Assembly (NCBI GenBank): GCA_964426545.1
Contig: CAYRQP010000001.1
Span: forward strand, 144,507-208,506
Direction: 5' to 3'
Length of the DNA: 64,000 nt
DNA from: an uncultured bacterium
GTDB lineage: Bacteria > Fermentibacterota > Fermentibacteria > Fermentibacterales > JCC-6
Shown here: positions 1 through 9,003 of the stretch, piece by piece
Position numbering within the stretch: position 1 is the stretch's first letter
Layout of the letters: every line of letters begins with the position of its first letter
Position numbers and translations under genes: made by a program
The notes under the pieces: generated by a model
Told to the model about the DNA's origin: nothing
Databases searched by the model: none
What the model saw: only the letters and a program-made list of their open reading frames with translations

Positions 1-321
1 TCGATGGGATATGACGGCTCGGGGCTTTCACGCCTTATCAGAAGAACATACACCACTCTCGACCTGATTGTCTTTTTTACAATCGGGAAGGATGAAGTCA
101 GAGCATGGCCGGTCAGGCGCGGTTCTACTGCTCTCGATGCTGCAGGTACCATCCATTCAGACCTTGCACGGGGGTTCATACGCGCACAGGTAGTTCCCTA
201 TGAGATTTTCCATGACTGCCCGGATTTAGGGAAACTGCGAAAGTCAGGTCAACTGGGAATAGAAGGAAAAGACTACATCGTCAATGACGGGGATTTAATA
301 GAGATTAGATTCAACGTCTAA
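1..321 (+). CDS. ychF: Ribosome-binding ATPase YchF, C-terminal fragment (N-terminus lies upstream of the window)
   Basis: Translation ...GSTALDAAGTIHSDLARGFIRAQVV...GIEGKDYIVNDGDLIEIRFNV matches the TGS/C-terminal domain of YchF/Obg-family GTPases. The reading frame is open from window position 1. Confidence 0.75.
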   Translation, partial: SMGYDGSGLSRLIRRTYTTLDLIVFFTIGKDEVRAWPVRRGSTALDAAGTIHSDLARGFIRAQVVPYEIFHDCPDLGKLRKSGQLGIEGKDYIVNDGDLIEIRFNV

Positions 322-336
322 TCAGCAAAAGTCCAT

Positions 337-1308
337 TCAGGAATTATCGCTTTCTATTTCTGTCAGATTTGTCTTCAGGGTTCTTCTGATGGTCCGCCAC
401 TCCACGATAACCTGACTTACTTCAGCGGCTCCGAGCAGAATTACACATTCCCAGTAAAGCAGGAAGAAAGTCGCCATCAGCATTGCCATCGAACCGTACA
501 CTATTCCCCAGTTGGCATTACTAACAACCGCAATATATGCCATCGAACCCAGCCAGGTGAATACAGTGGTGATGATGGTGGCAACTAACGCCTGACTCTT
601 GGTCATTTTCTTGTTGGGAGCTGCCCAGAAAAGCGTGAAGAAGAGCAGCACTGTGAAAACAAGCCCTAAGAAGCCGGCCATCCCCTTGCCCGTCACCGCT
701 CCGATTATGGGCCAGCCTGAAACAACTTCAAATACTGCTTCGGGCGTACTGTCTATGACGAGTTTCGCCATAGTGGAGAAGAAGATCGCCGATGTGAAAC
801 AGACTGCTATCAGCAGGGCAAGAAAGAAATCATAGAGCTTTCCGAGAACAATGTTGCGCCCTTTGGGAACCTCGAATATCCTGTCGAATGCGGTACGTAT
901 GGTCCCAAACAGACGGCTGACAAGCCACAGGAGGAAGACAAAGCCAATAATGCCGGGAATACCTGTCTTCCCTGCAAAAATAATTGTTTCTACTTCATCC
1001 AGTATACTCTCCGGGATAAGCGGATTTGCAGTTTCCAGCCAGGACTGAAGACCGCTTTGAAGACTGCCGCTCTCTTCATAGGCAAGACCGCTGAATGTGA
1101 GAATCAGCAATCCCAGCGGTATAATCGTGACAAGAACATTGAAGGCAATGGCGGCAGCAGAGAAGAACACACTGTCATCATTCCATCTGTTATACAGTCT
1201 CTTGGAGAAGAATTTCAGGCACTTCCAGACAAGGGAAAAGAACCTCGAGAATACTCCCTTTTTCTTCAGGGTCGGGATCCCGTTCTCGTTCCCGTTTTCA
1301 TTTGACAA
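337..1308 (-). CDS. YihY/BrkB-family integral membrane protein
   Basis: 323 aa, multi-pass hydrophobic. N-terminal FSRFFSLVWKCLKFFSKRLYNRWNDDSVFFSAAAIAFNVLVTIIPL resembles the YihY/virulence factor BrkB family. Confidence 0.55.
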   Translation of the reverse strand: MSNENGNENGIPTLKKKGVFSRFFSLVWKCLKFFSKRLYNRWNDDSVFFSAAAIAFNVLVTIIPLGLLILTFSGLAYEESGSLQSGLQSWLETANPLIPESILDEVETIIFAGKTGIPGIIGFVFLLWLVSRLFGTIRTAFDRIFEVPKGRNIVLGKLYDFFLALLIAVCFTSAIFFSTMAKLVIDSTPEAVFEVVSGWPIIGAVTGKGMAGFLGLVFTVLLFFTLFWAAPNKKMTKSQALVATIITTVFTWLGSMAYIAVVSNANWGIVYGSMAMLMATFFLLYWECVILLGAAEVSQVIVEWRTIRRTLKTNLTEIESDNS

Positions 1309-1312
1309 GATT

Positions 1313-3148
1313 CTATTCCACCGTCACGCTTTTGGCGAGGTTGCGGGGTTTGTCGACGTCGCACCCGCGTGCAACCGCCACATGATATGAAAGAAGTTGA
1401 AACGGTATCACGGAGAGTATCGGAACGAGGATATCGAGTGTATCGGGAACCGTGAACACCCAGTCTGCATAGGATTCGATGTCGGTGTCACCTTCCGTTG
1501 CGATTGCGAGTATTCTGCCTTTCCTTGCTCTTACTTCCTGTATGTTGGAGATAATCTTGTCGTAAGCAGCTCCCTTTACTGCAATAACTGCAATCGGCAT
1601 CATCTCATCGATAAGTGCTATAGGTCCGTGCTTCATCTCTGCTGCTGGATAGCCTTCGGCATGGATGTATGAGATTTCCTTGAGTTTCAGGGCACCTTCA
1701 AGCGCCACGGGATAGTTCAATCCCCTCCCGAGATAAAGAAAATGACTTGCATAGGTGAATTCCCGTGCAATTGCTGCAATATTACCGGAAGTCTCGAGAA
1801 TGGTCGCAACCTTGCCCGGTATTTCCTGTATCTCTTCTACAATACCCAGTCCGTCTTCCCTGCTGAGTACATTTCTAGCACGTCCAAATGCCAGAGCAAC
1901 CAGGGTGAGAATCATCACCTGTGAGGTGAATGCCTTGGTCGATGCAACACCGATTTCCGGCCCTGCATGGATGTAAACTCCCGCATCGGTCTCGCGGGCC
2001 ATTGTCGAGCCAATCACATTCACGATACCGAGTGTTCTGCATTTCCGTTCCTTGGCGAGTTTCAGGGCTGCCAGTGTATCTGCCGTCTCACCGCTCTGAC
2101 TGATTACTATCATCACTGTGTCGGGTCCGAGAACCGGATTGCGGTATCTGAACTCTGAAGCATATTCGACTTCGACAGGAATCCGGGCAAGAGATTCGAT
2201 GAGGTATTTTCCTATCAGCGCCGCATGCCAGGAAGTTCCGCAGGCCGTAATGACAATACGCTTTATGTTCTTCATCTCATCTTCCGACATATCAAGCCCG
2301 CCAAGATGTGCTGTTCCGTTTTCAATGTCGAGTCTGCCCCGGAAAGCATTTGCCAGTGATTCAGGCTGACTGCTGATTTCCTTTAGCATGAAATGGGGAA
2401 AACCGTCTTTCTCGATATCTGTAATTTCCCATTCCACCTTTTCGATTCTGTCGCGGATAAGTGCTGACGAACCGTTGTCGCTGGAAATTCCGCTGAGCCC
2501 TATCTTTATAATCTCACCCTCTTCGAGATAGATGACATCTCTAGTGTGTGACACTATGGCAGCAACATCGCTTGCCACAAAATACTCTCCGTCACCAATA
2601 CCGGCCACAAGTGGACTTCCGTACCGTGCTGCTACAAGTGTGTCGGGTTCCTCGCTGTAGATAACTGCGATTCCATAGGCGCCCCTAACCCTGTTGAGAG
2701 CGGACTTAACTGCTTCGAGTAATTCAAGCCCTTTTTCCAATTCCAGTGCCACAAGATGAGTAATCACTTCTGTATCTGTTTCGGATTCGAAGACAACTTC
2801 GCATGATTCGAGTTCGGTCCGCAACTGCTTGAAATTCTCAATTATTCCGTTGTGAACGAGTGCAAGTTTACCGTCGAGTGCTGTGTGCGGATGGGCATTC
2901 CGTTCCGAAGGTACCCCGTGAGTTGCCCAGCGGGTGTGTGCTATTCCAACCTTGTATTTCGAGATATCTCCTGCATCTATCTTTTCGAGATCACTAACCC
3001 GTCCTTCGCACTTGCGAACGACTAATCCATCTTCACCCTGGAGAGCGTAACCGGCAGAATCATAGCCCCTGTATTCAAGTCTCTTTATTCCATCGAGGAG
3101 AATGTTGTAGGCTTTCCCGTTTCCTATGTATCCGACTATTCCACACAT
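1313..3148 (-). CDS. glmS: Glutamine--fructose-6-phosphate aminotransferase (isomerizing)
   Basis: 611 aa starting MCGIVGY (Ntn amidotransferase Cys1), followed by two SIS domains. This is a canonical GlmS. Confidence 0.95.
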   Translation of the reverse strand: MCGIVGYIGNGKAYNILLDGIKRLEYRGYDSAGYALQGEDGLVVRKCEGRVSDLEKIDAGDISKYKVGIAHTRWATHGVPSERNAHPHTALDGKLALVHNGIIENFKQLRTELESCEVVFESETDTEVITHLVALELEKGLELLEAVKSALNRVRGAYGIAVIYSEEPDTLVAARYGSPLVAGIGDGEYFVASDVAAIVSHTRDVIYLEEGEIIKIGLSGISSDNGSSALIRDRIEKVEWEITDIEKDGFPHFMLKEISSQPESLANAFRGRLDIENGTAHLGGLDMSEDEMKNIKRIVITACGTSWHAALIGKYLIESLARIPVEVEYASEFRYRNPVLGPDTVMIVISQSGETADTLAALKLAKERKCRTLGIVNVIGSTMARETDAGVYIHAGPEIGVASTKAFTSQVMILTLVALAFGRARNVLSREDGLGIVEEIQEIPGKVATILETSGNIAAIAREFTYASHFLYLGRGLNYPVALEGALKLKEISYIHAEGYPAAEMKHGPIALIDEMMPIAVIAVKGAAYDKIISNIQEVRARKGRILAIATEGDTDIESYADWVFTVPDTLDILVPILSVIPFQLLSYHVAVARGCDVDKPRNLAKSVTVE

Positions 3149-4491
3149 ATTTTCTCCATAATCTTCCTGAATATTCTAAAATCTCTCTCGATGATGACGT
3201 TTTCCGTGTTTTCCGAAATGAATCTGATTACAGGTTCTGTACCGGATGGCCTGATATGCGTCCATCCGTTCTCTCTTTTATACCACAGACCGTCTCTCTC
3301 GTCATCAGGACTGCCATATGATGCAAGAAACTCATCCCTGATAGTCTCGAATCCGACCGGGAGTGCTTCCTTATGCTTGAACATTACATAATCGGGATAA
3401 CTGTCAGCCCAATCACCGAGTGTCAGTTCCGGTTCATCCCGGAGTAGCGATATGACACAGGCCATCCCGACTCCGCTGTCGCGCCCTGCATGACACTTGA
3501 AGTCTATTACTCCGCCGTTTCCTTCGCCACCGATATCCGAACCGCACCTTTCCATCTCTTCCACGACATTCACTTCACCAACAGGGCTTCTGTAAAGTCT
3601 GCATCTCCTTCGGGCTGCTGCATCTTCCGCCAGCCGGGACGTCGAAAGATTAACAACGGCAGGTCCGGGTCTTTCCCGAAGGATGAAATCGAGAGCAAGT
3701 GCTATCGTATAATCTTCTCCGATTATCCTTCCGCGGTCATCAACCAGTGCAAGCCTGTCGCCATCGGGGTCGAATGCAAATCCGACATCCGCACCATGTT
3801 CCACAACCGCAGCGGAAAGTTCTGTGAGATTTTCGGCAGCAGGTTCTGCCACTCTCGGGAAATTGCCACCGGGGAGCATTTCGGTATTGATGATTTCATA
3901 ATTGACACCGAGAACGTCAAGTACTTTCGGGGCGAATTCAGCAGCGGTACCGCCGGTAGCATCGATGACTGCCTTGATTTTTCTACCACTTTGCACAACC
4001 CAGGGAAGAGTCATCAACTTCCGGATGTGTTCTTCTATCGCATCTGTTTTTATTTCTTCGGTACCAACTTCGGTATAGTCGACATAATCGCATCCTGATT
4101 CAAAAACTTTCAGGAATTTGTTTCTTGCTCCAGACCTGAGAAATACCCCGTCCGCGCCAATGAGTTTAAGGGCATTCCATTCACCCGAATTATGGCTCGA
4201 TGTCACTGCAATTCCCCCTGCAATTCCCGGTTTCATGGCTTCGAGCTGAACAGTGGGAGTAGGCACGATGCCCAGCTGCACGACATCACAACCGACAGAC
4301 ATCAGTCCTGCAGATACAGCGGCAGTAACAGCCGGTCCGCTAACCCTTGTATCTCTACCTATTACAATCTTCCCGCAACCGCACAGTTTGCCGAAAGCCG
4401 TAGCATACCGCATGGCTGTATCGACTGTAAGTGAAACGCCGAAAATGCCACGGATACCTGAACCGCTGACTATTGGTTTATCTGTTCTCAT
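3136..4491 (-). CDS. glmM: Alpha-D-phosphohexomutase family protein, probable phosphoglucosamine mutase
   Basis: 451 aa with the phosphoserine loop TSSHNSGEWNALK and metal-binding FDPDGDR. It overlaps the glmS start by 13 nt, which suggests an operon. The loop has S where P is usual (SHNS vs SHNP), so specificity is inferred from context. Confidence 0.7.
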   Translation of the reverse strand: MRTDKPIVSGSGIRGIFGVSLTVDTAMRYATAFGKLCGCGKIVIGRDTRVSGPAVTAAVSAGLMSVGCDVVQLGIVPTPTVQLEAMKPGIAGGIAVTSSHNSGEWNALKLIGADGVFLRSGARNKFLKVFESGCDYVDYTEVGTEEIKTDAIEEHIRKLMTLPWVVQSGRKIKAVIDATGGTAAEFAPKVLDVLGVNYEIINTEMLPGGNFPRVAEPAAENLTELSAAVVEHGADVGFAFDPDGDRLALVDDRGRIIGEDYTIALALDFILRERPGPAVVNLSTSRLAEDAAARRRCRLYRSPVGEVNVVEEMERCGSDIGGEGNGGVIDFKCHAGRDSGVGMACVISLLRDEPELTLGDWADSYPDYVMFKHKEALPVGFETIRDEFLASYGSPDDERDGLWYKRENGWTHIRPSGTEPVIRFISENTENVIIERDFRIFRKIMEKICVE

Positions 4492-4507
4492 TGACCTGCC
4501 TAACGAA

Positions 4508-4583
4508 TGGAGCCGGCGAACGGAGTCGAACCGTTGGCCTGCGCATTACGAATGCGCTGCTCTACCAACTGAGCTACGCCGGC
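4508..4583 (-). tRNA. tRNA-Thr (anticodon CGU), 76 nt with encoded CCA
   Basis: Reverse complement folds as a cloverleaf: acceptor GCCGGCG/CGCCGGC, D-stem GCTC/GAGC, anticodon stem GCGCA/TGCGC with loop TTCGTAA, T-stem AACGG/CCGTT with loop TTCGACT, discriminator T then CCA. Confidence 0.85.
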
Positions 4584-4628
4584 TCCGCGGAACTGGAAAT
4601 TACGCAAAAGCAGATATAAAGTCAACAT

Positions 4629-5264
4629 TTAGAATATTGCCTTATCCGAGCCGAATAACTCTACCGGAAATGAAATGCGGAATTCTGAGAATCCGAGGTC
4701 CGTGGCATACGCGGGATATATATTCGTTTCTTCGCCGTCTATCAAAGCCATGTCAGTCGTAATGTCCGTGAAGGCCTGCCTGTATTCGATTCTTGCAGAA
4801 ACCGGGCCGAAAAGATGAGATTCGAAACCTGCTGAAAACTCGAAACCGACTGATGAACCCGAACCTTCCACCGACTGCCAGAAATATCCTGCCCCACTGT
4901 AATCCCCGTCTATATAGACTGCCGCAATTCCTGCACAAAGGGAAAATGGCGAATAAAACTCATAGGACAATACCGGTCCTGCCGAAATAAGAAAGGCAGT
5001 TACTTCTGTATCTTCTATTGTCTCTGCCGCATTCTTCCGAAAGTATCCGCCGCTTATTCTGAATAAAAGAAACTCTATTCCCGGTGCTCTTACGCCGATA
5101 TCCAGCCCGATAGTGGTTCCTTCATTCATGAATATTGATTTATATGCACTGTCCGCAGGTGCGAGATTGGAAAACGCAGGTGCTAGTGAAATGCTGATGC
5201 TCTCAGCAGAAGTACCGGACACTGCTGCAATGAGCAGTATGACAATGAAAATCCGTACGGGCAT
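4629..5264 (-). CDS. Putative outer-membrane beta-barrel protein (hypothetical)
   Basis: 211 aa with an N-terminal signal-like segment MPVRIFIVILLIAAVSGTSA, alternating amphipathic beta-strand pattern, rich in G/Y/F/S, and a C-terminal Phe (DKAIF). Confidence 0.45.
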   Translation of the reverse strand: MPVRIFIVILLIAAVSGTSAESISISLAPAFSNLAPADSAYKSIFMNEGTTIGLDIGVRAPGIEFLLFRISGGYFRKNAAETIEDTEVTAFLISAGPVLSYEFYSPFSLCAGIAAVYIDGDYSGAGYFWQSVEGSGSSVGFEFSAGFESHLFGPVSARIEYRQAFTDITTDMALIDGEETNIYPAYATDLGFSEFRISFPVELFGSDKAIF

Positions 5265-5761
5265 CAGCTGCTGCCCCCGGATTCTGCAAAGTTCTGCCGT
5301 ATATGTTCGAGAAGACCGCCTGCATTGAGAATTTCCAGCATTTCATCTGGAAGCGCCGGAAAAGAAAACTCCCTGCCGTCAATCGTGACAATTCCCCTTG
5401 CGGCATCGATGGTAACATCGCTGTCTCCATTGCAGGCTTCGACCGCTTCAGGGCATTTGACAAGAAGAAGCCCCTGGTTTATTGCACTTCTGTAAAATAT
5501 GCGTGCAAATGACTTTGCTATAATTGCTTTTATTCCTACATGTTTAAGCCCCAAAGAAGGCTGCTCACGGCTCGACCCGCATCCGAAATTCATACCTGCA
5601 AGAATGATGTCACCCGGTTGTACTATCTTTGAAAACTCAGGGTCGAGATCTTCTAGAAGGTGTTCCTCTATCTCAGGTCCTGTCGAGCAGGTGTATGTGT
5701 ATTTTCCAGGGAATAGCAGGTCGGTGTTTATGTCATCCTGATTGTAAATGAATACTGCCAT
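5264..5761 (-). CDS. leuD: 3-isopropylmalate (or homoaconitate) dehydratase small subunit, archaeal-type LeuD
   Basis: 165 aa with aconitase swivel-domain motifs (GDIILAGMNFGCGSSREQ). The stop is immediately downstream of leuC. Confidence 0.85.
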   Translation of the reverse strand: MAVFIYNQDDINTDLLFPGKYTYTCSTGPEIEEHLLEDLDPEFSKIVQPGDIILAGMNFGCGSSREQPSLGLKHVGIKAIIAKSFARIFYRSAINQGLLLVKCPEAVEACNGDSDVTIDAARGIVTIDGREFSFPALPDEMLEILNAGGLLEHIRQNFAESGGSS

Positions 5762-7014
5762 TATTCTCCCCCTCGCGGATCAGAAATTCTTCCGGTAAGT
5801 GCTGATGCCGCAGCAGTCTCCGGGCTTGAAAGATATATCTCTGATTCCTTCTCCCCCATCCTTCCGCGAAAATTCCTGTTGGCAGTGGACAGGCACTTCT
5901 CTCGCGGAGCAAGCGCTCCCTGATGTGCACCGAGACACGGCCCGCACCCCGGCGGAAGCAGAATCCCCCCTGCTTTGACAAGTTCCTGCATGATACCTTT
6001 CTCCATTGCTTCGATGCTTATCTTCCGTGATGCCGGACCGACCAGAAGCCGGACATCCCTGTGCACTTTCTTCCCGCGAAGAATGTCAGCAGCAGCCTGC
6101 AAATCTTCTATCCTCCCGTTAGTACATGTACCGAGGAACACCTGGTCTATTTTAGTCTCGGGCAGTTCCGATACGGGAATAACATTATCGACTTTATGGG
6201 GACGTGCAACAACCGGCACAATCTCAGAGAGGTCATATTCCAGTGTACGGGCGAATTTTGCGTTTTCATCGCTCCAGAGCGGTGAGCCCATATCCATATT
6301 GTTATCTCTATAGTATTCTTCAGTAATATCATCGAACGGGAATACCGCTATTTTGGCACCCATCTCGATGCCCATGTTGGCTATAGTCATCCTGTCATTC
6401 ATTTTCAGGTTTCCGACGCTGGGTCCGTGAAACTCGACAGCCATATAGGTTGCACCGTCAGCACTGATGTCACCGATTATTGTCAGTATCAGGTCTTTGG
6501 CCGATACTCCGGGTTCAAAGGAACCGTTCAGGATGATCCTGACAGTAGGCGGGACCATGAACCATGTTCGTCCGGTAATCCAGATTCCTGCTGCTTCGGT
6601 TCGGTCTATGCCGGTTGCAAAACAGTTGAATGCACCATAGGTGCAGGTGTGACTGTCGCTTCCCACTATTATGGAACCGGGTACTGTAAGCCCTTCTTCA
6701 GGAATCACCTGGTGACAGACACCGGTACCTGCATCGTAAAAATGTTCGATTCCCTGTCTCTTTACAAATTCACGGGTCTTCCTGTGTCCAGATGCGTTTT
6801 TGCTACTCTGAGCAGGTATTACATGGTCGAGAACTATTATAACCCTGTCAGGATATCTTACTTCGCCGTCCGGCACTGTGTTCTCGAACTTCCCTATTAT
6901 TGCCGAACTGTTGTCGTGGGTGAGTATCCTGTCAGGCTCGACGAATACTATTTCACCCTCTTCAACGCTCTTCCCTGCATAGCTGCTCAGCACTTTCATC
7001 ACAAAGGTTTCCAT
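5761..7014 (-). CDS. leuC: 3-isopropylmalate dehydratase large subunit, archaeal-type LeuC
   Basis: 417 aa aconitase-family protein with Fe-S ligand cysteines (GTCTNGR, PGCGPCLG). Paired with leuD. Confidence 0.85.
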   Translation of the reverse strand: METFVMKVLSSYAGKSVEEGEIVFVEPDRILTHDNSSAIIGKFENTVPDGEVRYPDRVIIVLDHVIPAQSSKNASGHRKTREFVKRQGIEHFYDAGTGVCHQVIPEEGLTVPGSIIVGSDSHTCTYGAFNCFATGIDRTEAAGIWITGRTWFMVPPTVRIILNGSFEPGVSAKDLILTIIGDISADGATYMAVEFHGPSVGNLKMNDRMTIANMGIEMGAKIAVFPFDDITEEYYRDNNMDMGSPLWSDENAKFARTLEYDLSEIVPVVARPHKVDNVIPVSELPETKIDQVFLGTCTNGRIEDLQAAADILRGKKVHRDVRLLVGPASRKISIEAMEKGIMQELVKAGGILLPPGCGPCLGAHQGALAPREKCLSTANRNFRGRMGEKESEIYLSSPETAAASALTGRISDPRGGE

Positions 7015-7024
7015 AATTCTCCCT

Positions 7025-7089
7025 TGGGGACGGAGGAGTTGTCATTGGGGACGGAGGAGTAGTTTACCTAAACTACTCCTCCGTCCCCA
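7025..7089. repeat. Direct plus inverted repeat element with a GGGGACGGAGGAG core that forms a 16-bp hairpin
   Basis: TTGGGGACGGAGGAGT occurs at 7025-7040 and 7046-7061. The reverse complement ACTCCTCCGTCCCCA is at 7075-7089, with loop TTTACCTAAA. A related copy sits at 35987-36049. Confidence 0.7.
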
Positions 7090-7145
7090 TTTAATATTAT
7101 AGTACCAATTATACAACCTGTTCCACTATAGCAAAAACAAAGGAA

Positions 7146-8648
7146 ATGATGAGACGGATCACAGGTAGAAAGAGCATCGAAGAATTGTGCGCAGATATTC
7201 TACGGGACGAATCGAATCTCGACGGCGCATTCTGCACTGAAGTTGTCTGGCCTGAAACTGCCACAGAAGCAGCTGCTTACATAGCAGAATGTTCGAAGAG
7301 TAATACCCCTGTAACACTCTCAGGCGGCAGAACGGGAATAGTCGGCGGTGCGCTGCCGGAAGGCGGTGCTGTCATTTCCAACGAAGCGTTAAAGTCGATA
7401 ACCCTGAGCGGTGATACAGTAACCGTACAGGCTGGTGTTACGATAGAAGAACTCAGGCAGTTTATCGCTCTGAACATCCCGGATAAGTTCTACCCGCCCA
7501 ACCCCACAGAAGAGGGGGCTTTCATAGGCGGGACAGTTGCAACCGATGCATCGGGTTCGGATAGTTTTCTCTACGGTTCGACGCGCAAATGGGTAAAAAA
7601 ACTCGAAATAGTCCTTCCGAGCAGTGAAGTAGTGGACCTTCAGCGTGGAGAATATCATTTTGATAAAACCGGTTCATGTACTCACCCGCTTCTCGGGACA
7701 CTTACGATTCCCACCCTTAGCAAACCGCAGCCCCAAAAGAACACCGTAGGTTTCTTCGTACATCCTGAAATGGATCTGATAGACCTGTTCATCGGATCGG
7801 AAGGTATGCTCGGGCTTATCACAGAGGTAACTCTGATGCTTACCCCCAAACCTGAATACACGATAGACCTTGCTGTTTTTGCCCCGGACAGCAATTCATT
7901 TTGGGAACTCTACTCTACACTTCTCAGTAGAAAAACAGAACTGAAACTGAGGGCTTTGGAAATGATGGATGACAAGTCCCTAGATTTCATCCGCTCGCAC
8001 CCGGGGGACTTCCCTGTCCCCCCTGAAGAAGCATCAGCTGTCATACTTATCAGATGTGAAGCATTCGATGATAATGAACTGGATGACATACTAATGGAAC
8101 TCGATGAGCTTCTGAATCAGGCTGGAATCAACCCCGACAGTACATGGGGCGGTTTCGAAACTGCAGAGCATAAGCGGCTTCGTGATTTCCGGCATGCCCT
8201 GCCGGATTCGGTGAATCAGGATATTGCCGGATTGAGAAGGGACCTCCCTGAAATACATAAATTCGGGTCAGATGGAGCGGTTTCCTCCGACCGGCTTCGT
8301 GAATATTATTTTGGTATGCGGAAGATTCTCGAAGATAAAGAACTGAAGTTTCTGATATTCGGACATGCGGGTGACGGACATCTCCATGCGAATGTACTCC
8401 CGGAGAATTCAGAGGATATCGAAAACGCGGCAGCTGCCATGTATGAAATTGCCGCCCTTGCTGTCGAAATGGGTGGAACTCTGTCGGCTGAACATGGTCT
8501 GGGCAGACTCAAATCAGAGTATCTTGATATCATGTATTTAAAAGATGAACTCGCAGGTATGGAAAATATCAGACGAACCATCGATCCTGCCGGGATATTC
8601 GAACAGGCACTTGTGCTTGGAACTGGGGGTAATGGGCATCCAGAATAG
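7146..8648 (+). CDS. FAD-binding oxidoreductase (FAD-linked oxidase; GlcD / D-lactate dehydrogenase-like)
   Basis: 500 aa with an N-terminal FAD-binding PCMH-type region (TLSGGRTGIVGGALP) and a C-terminal FAD-oxidase domain (HAGDGHLHANV). Confidence 0.75.
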   Translation: MMRRITGRKSIEELCADILRDESNLDGAFCTEVVWPETATEAAAYIAECSKSNTPVTLSGGRTGIVGGALPEGGAVISNEALKSITLSGDTVTVQAGVTIEELRQFIALNIPDKFYPPNPTEEGAFIGGTVATDASGSDSFLYGSTRKWVKKLEIVLPSSEVVDLQRGEYHFDKTGSCTHPLLGTLTIPTLSKPQPQKNTVGFFVHPEMDLIDLFIGSEGMLGLITEVTLMLTPKPEYTIDLAVFAPDSNSFWELYSTLLSRKTELKLRALEMMDDKSLDFIRSHPGDFPVPPEEASAVILIRCEAFDDNELDDILMELDELLNQAGINPDSTWGGFETAEHKRLRDFRHALPDSVNQDIAGLRRDLPEIHKFGSDGAVSSDRLREYYFGMRKILEDKELKFLIFGHAGDGHLHANVLPENSEDIENAAAAMYEIAALAVEMGGTLSAEHGLGRLKSEYLDIMYLKDELAGMENIRRTIDPAGIFEQALVLGTGGNGHPE

Positions 8649-8997
8649 TGTACAAGTCGGTGCCAGGCACCATGAAGGCAGGGACCGTTTTCAGGCTTTC
8701 GCTGTTTCGGTTTCTGCAGATACAGACCTGTCTTCACTTCTACAGACACTTGTTACGGAATATCGGCTTAAAAAAGCAACCCATCTAAGTTGGGCTGTCC
8801 GCCTGGAAGAAAACAATTCTATCTTAGAAAAGAAGAATGACGGCGGGGAAAGCGGATCCAGTAACTGCATCCTCGATATACTGCGCAAGAAGGATGTTAA
8901 GAACACCTTTGTTCTTGTTGCCCGCTGGTTCGGCGGGAAACATCTTGGTGGCCTGCGTTTCAGGATTTATCGGAGCCTGACGGATAAGATTACTTAA
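8632..8997 (+). CDS. YigZ/IMPACT-family (UPF0029) N-terminal-domain protein, short form
   Basis: Contains the hallmarks NDGGESGSSNCILDIL and VLVARWFGGKHLGG (consensus DDGEP.GTAG...VVTRYFGG.KLG). The ORF as listed (8545) overlaps the upstream gene, so the internal Met at 8632 is the likelier start. It lacks the usual C-terminal DUF1949 half. Confidence 0.55.
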   Translation: MGIQNSVQVGARHHEGRDRFQAFAVSVSADTDLSSLLQTLVTEYRLKKATHLSWAVRLEENNSILEKKNDGGESGSSNCILDILRKKDVKNTFVLVARWFGGKHLGGLRFRIYRSLTDKIT

Positions 8998-9003
8998 CGA
9001 AAA

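Noticed and set aside
3490-4098. 202-aa plus-strand ORF, with other 60-250 aa ORFs lying antisense to glmM, pepD (13499..14260), the GT-C gene (43827..44411), gap/pfk (56820..57470) and the SPFH gene (60535..61326)
   Set aside because: Each is fully embedded antisense in a well-supported conserved gene and has low-complexity or Cys/Pro/Ser-skewed composition with no recognisable domain. These are typical shadow ORFs from the roughly 50% GC coding strand.
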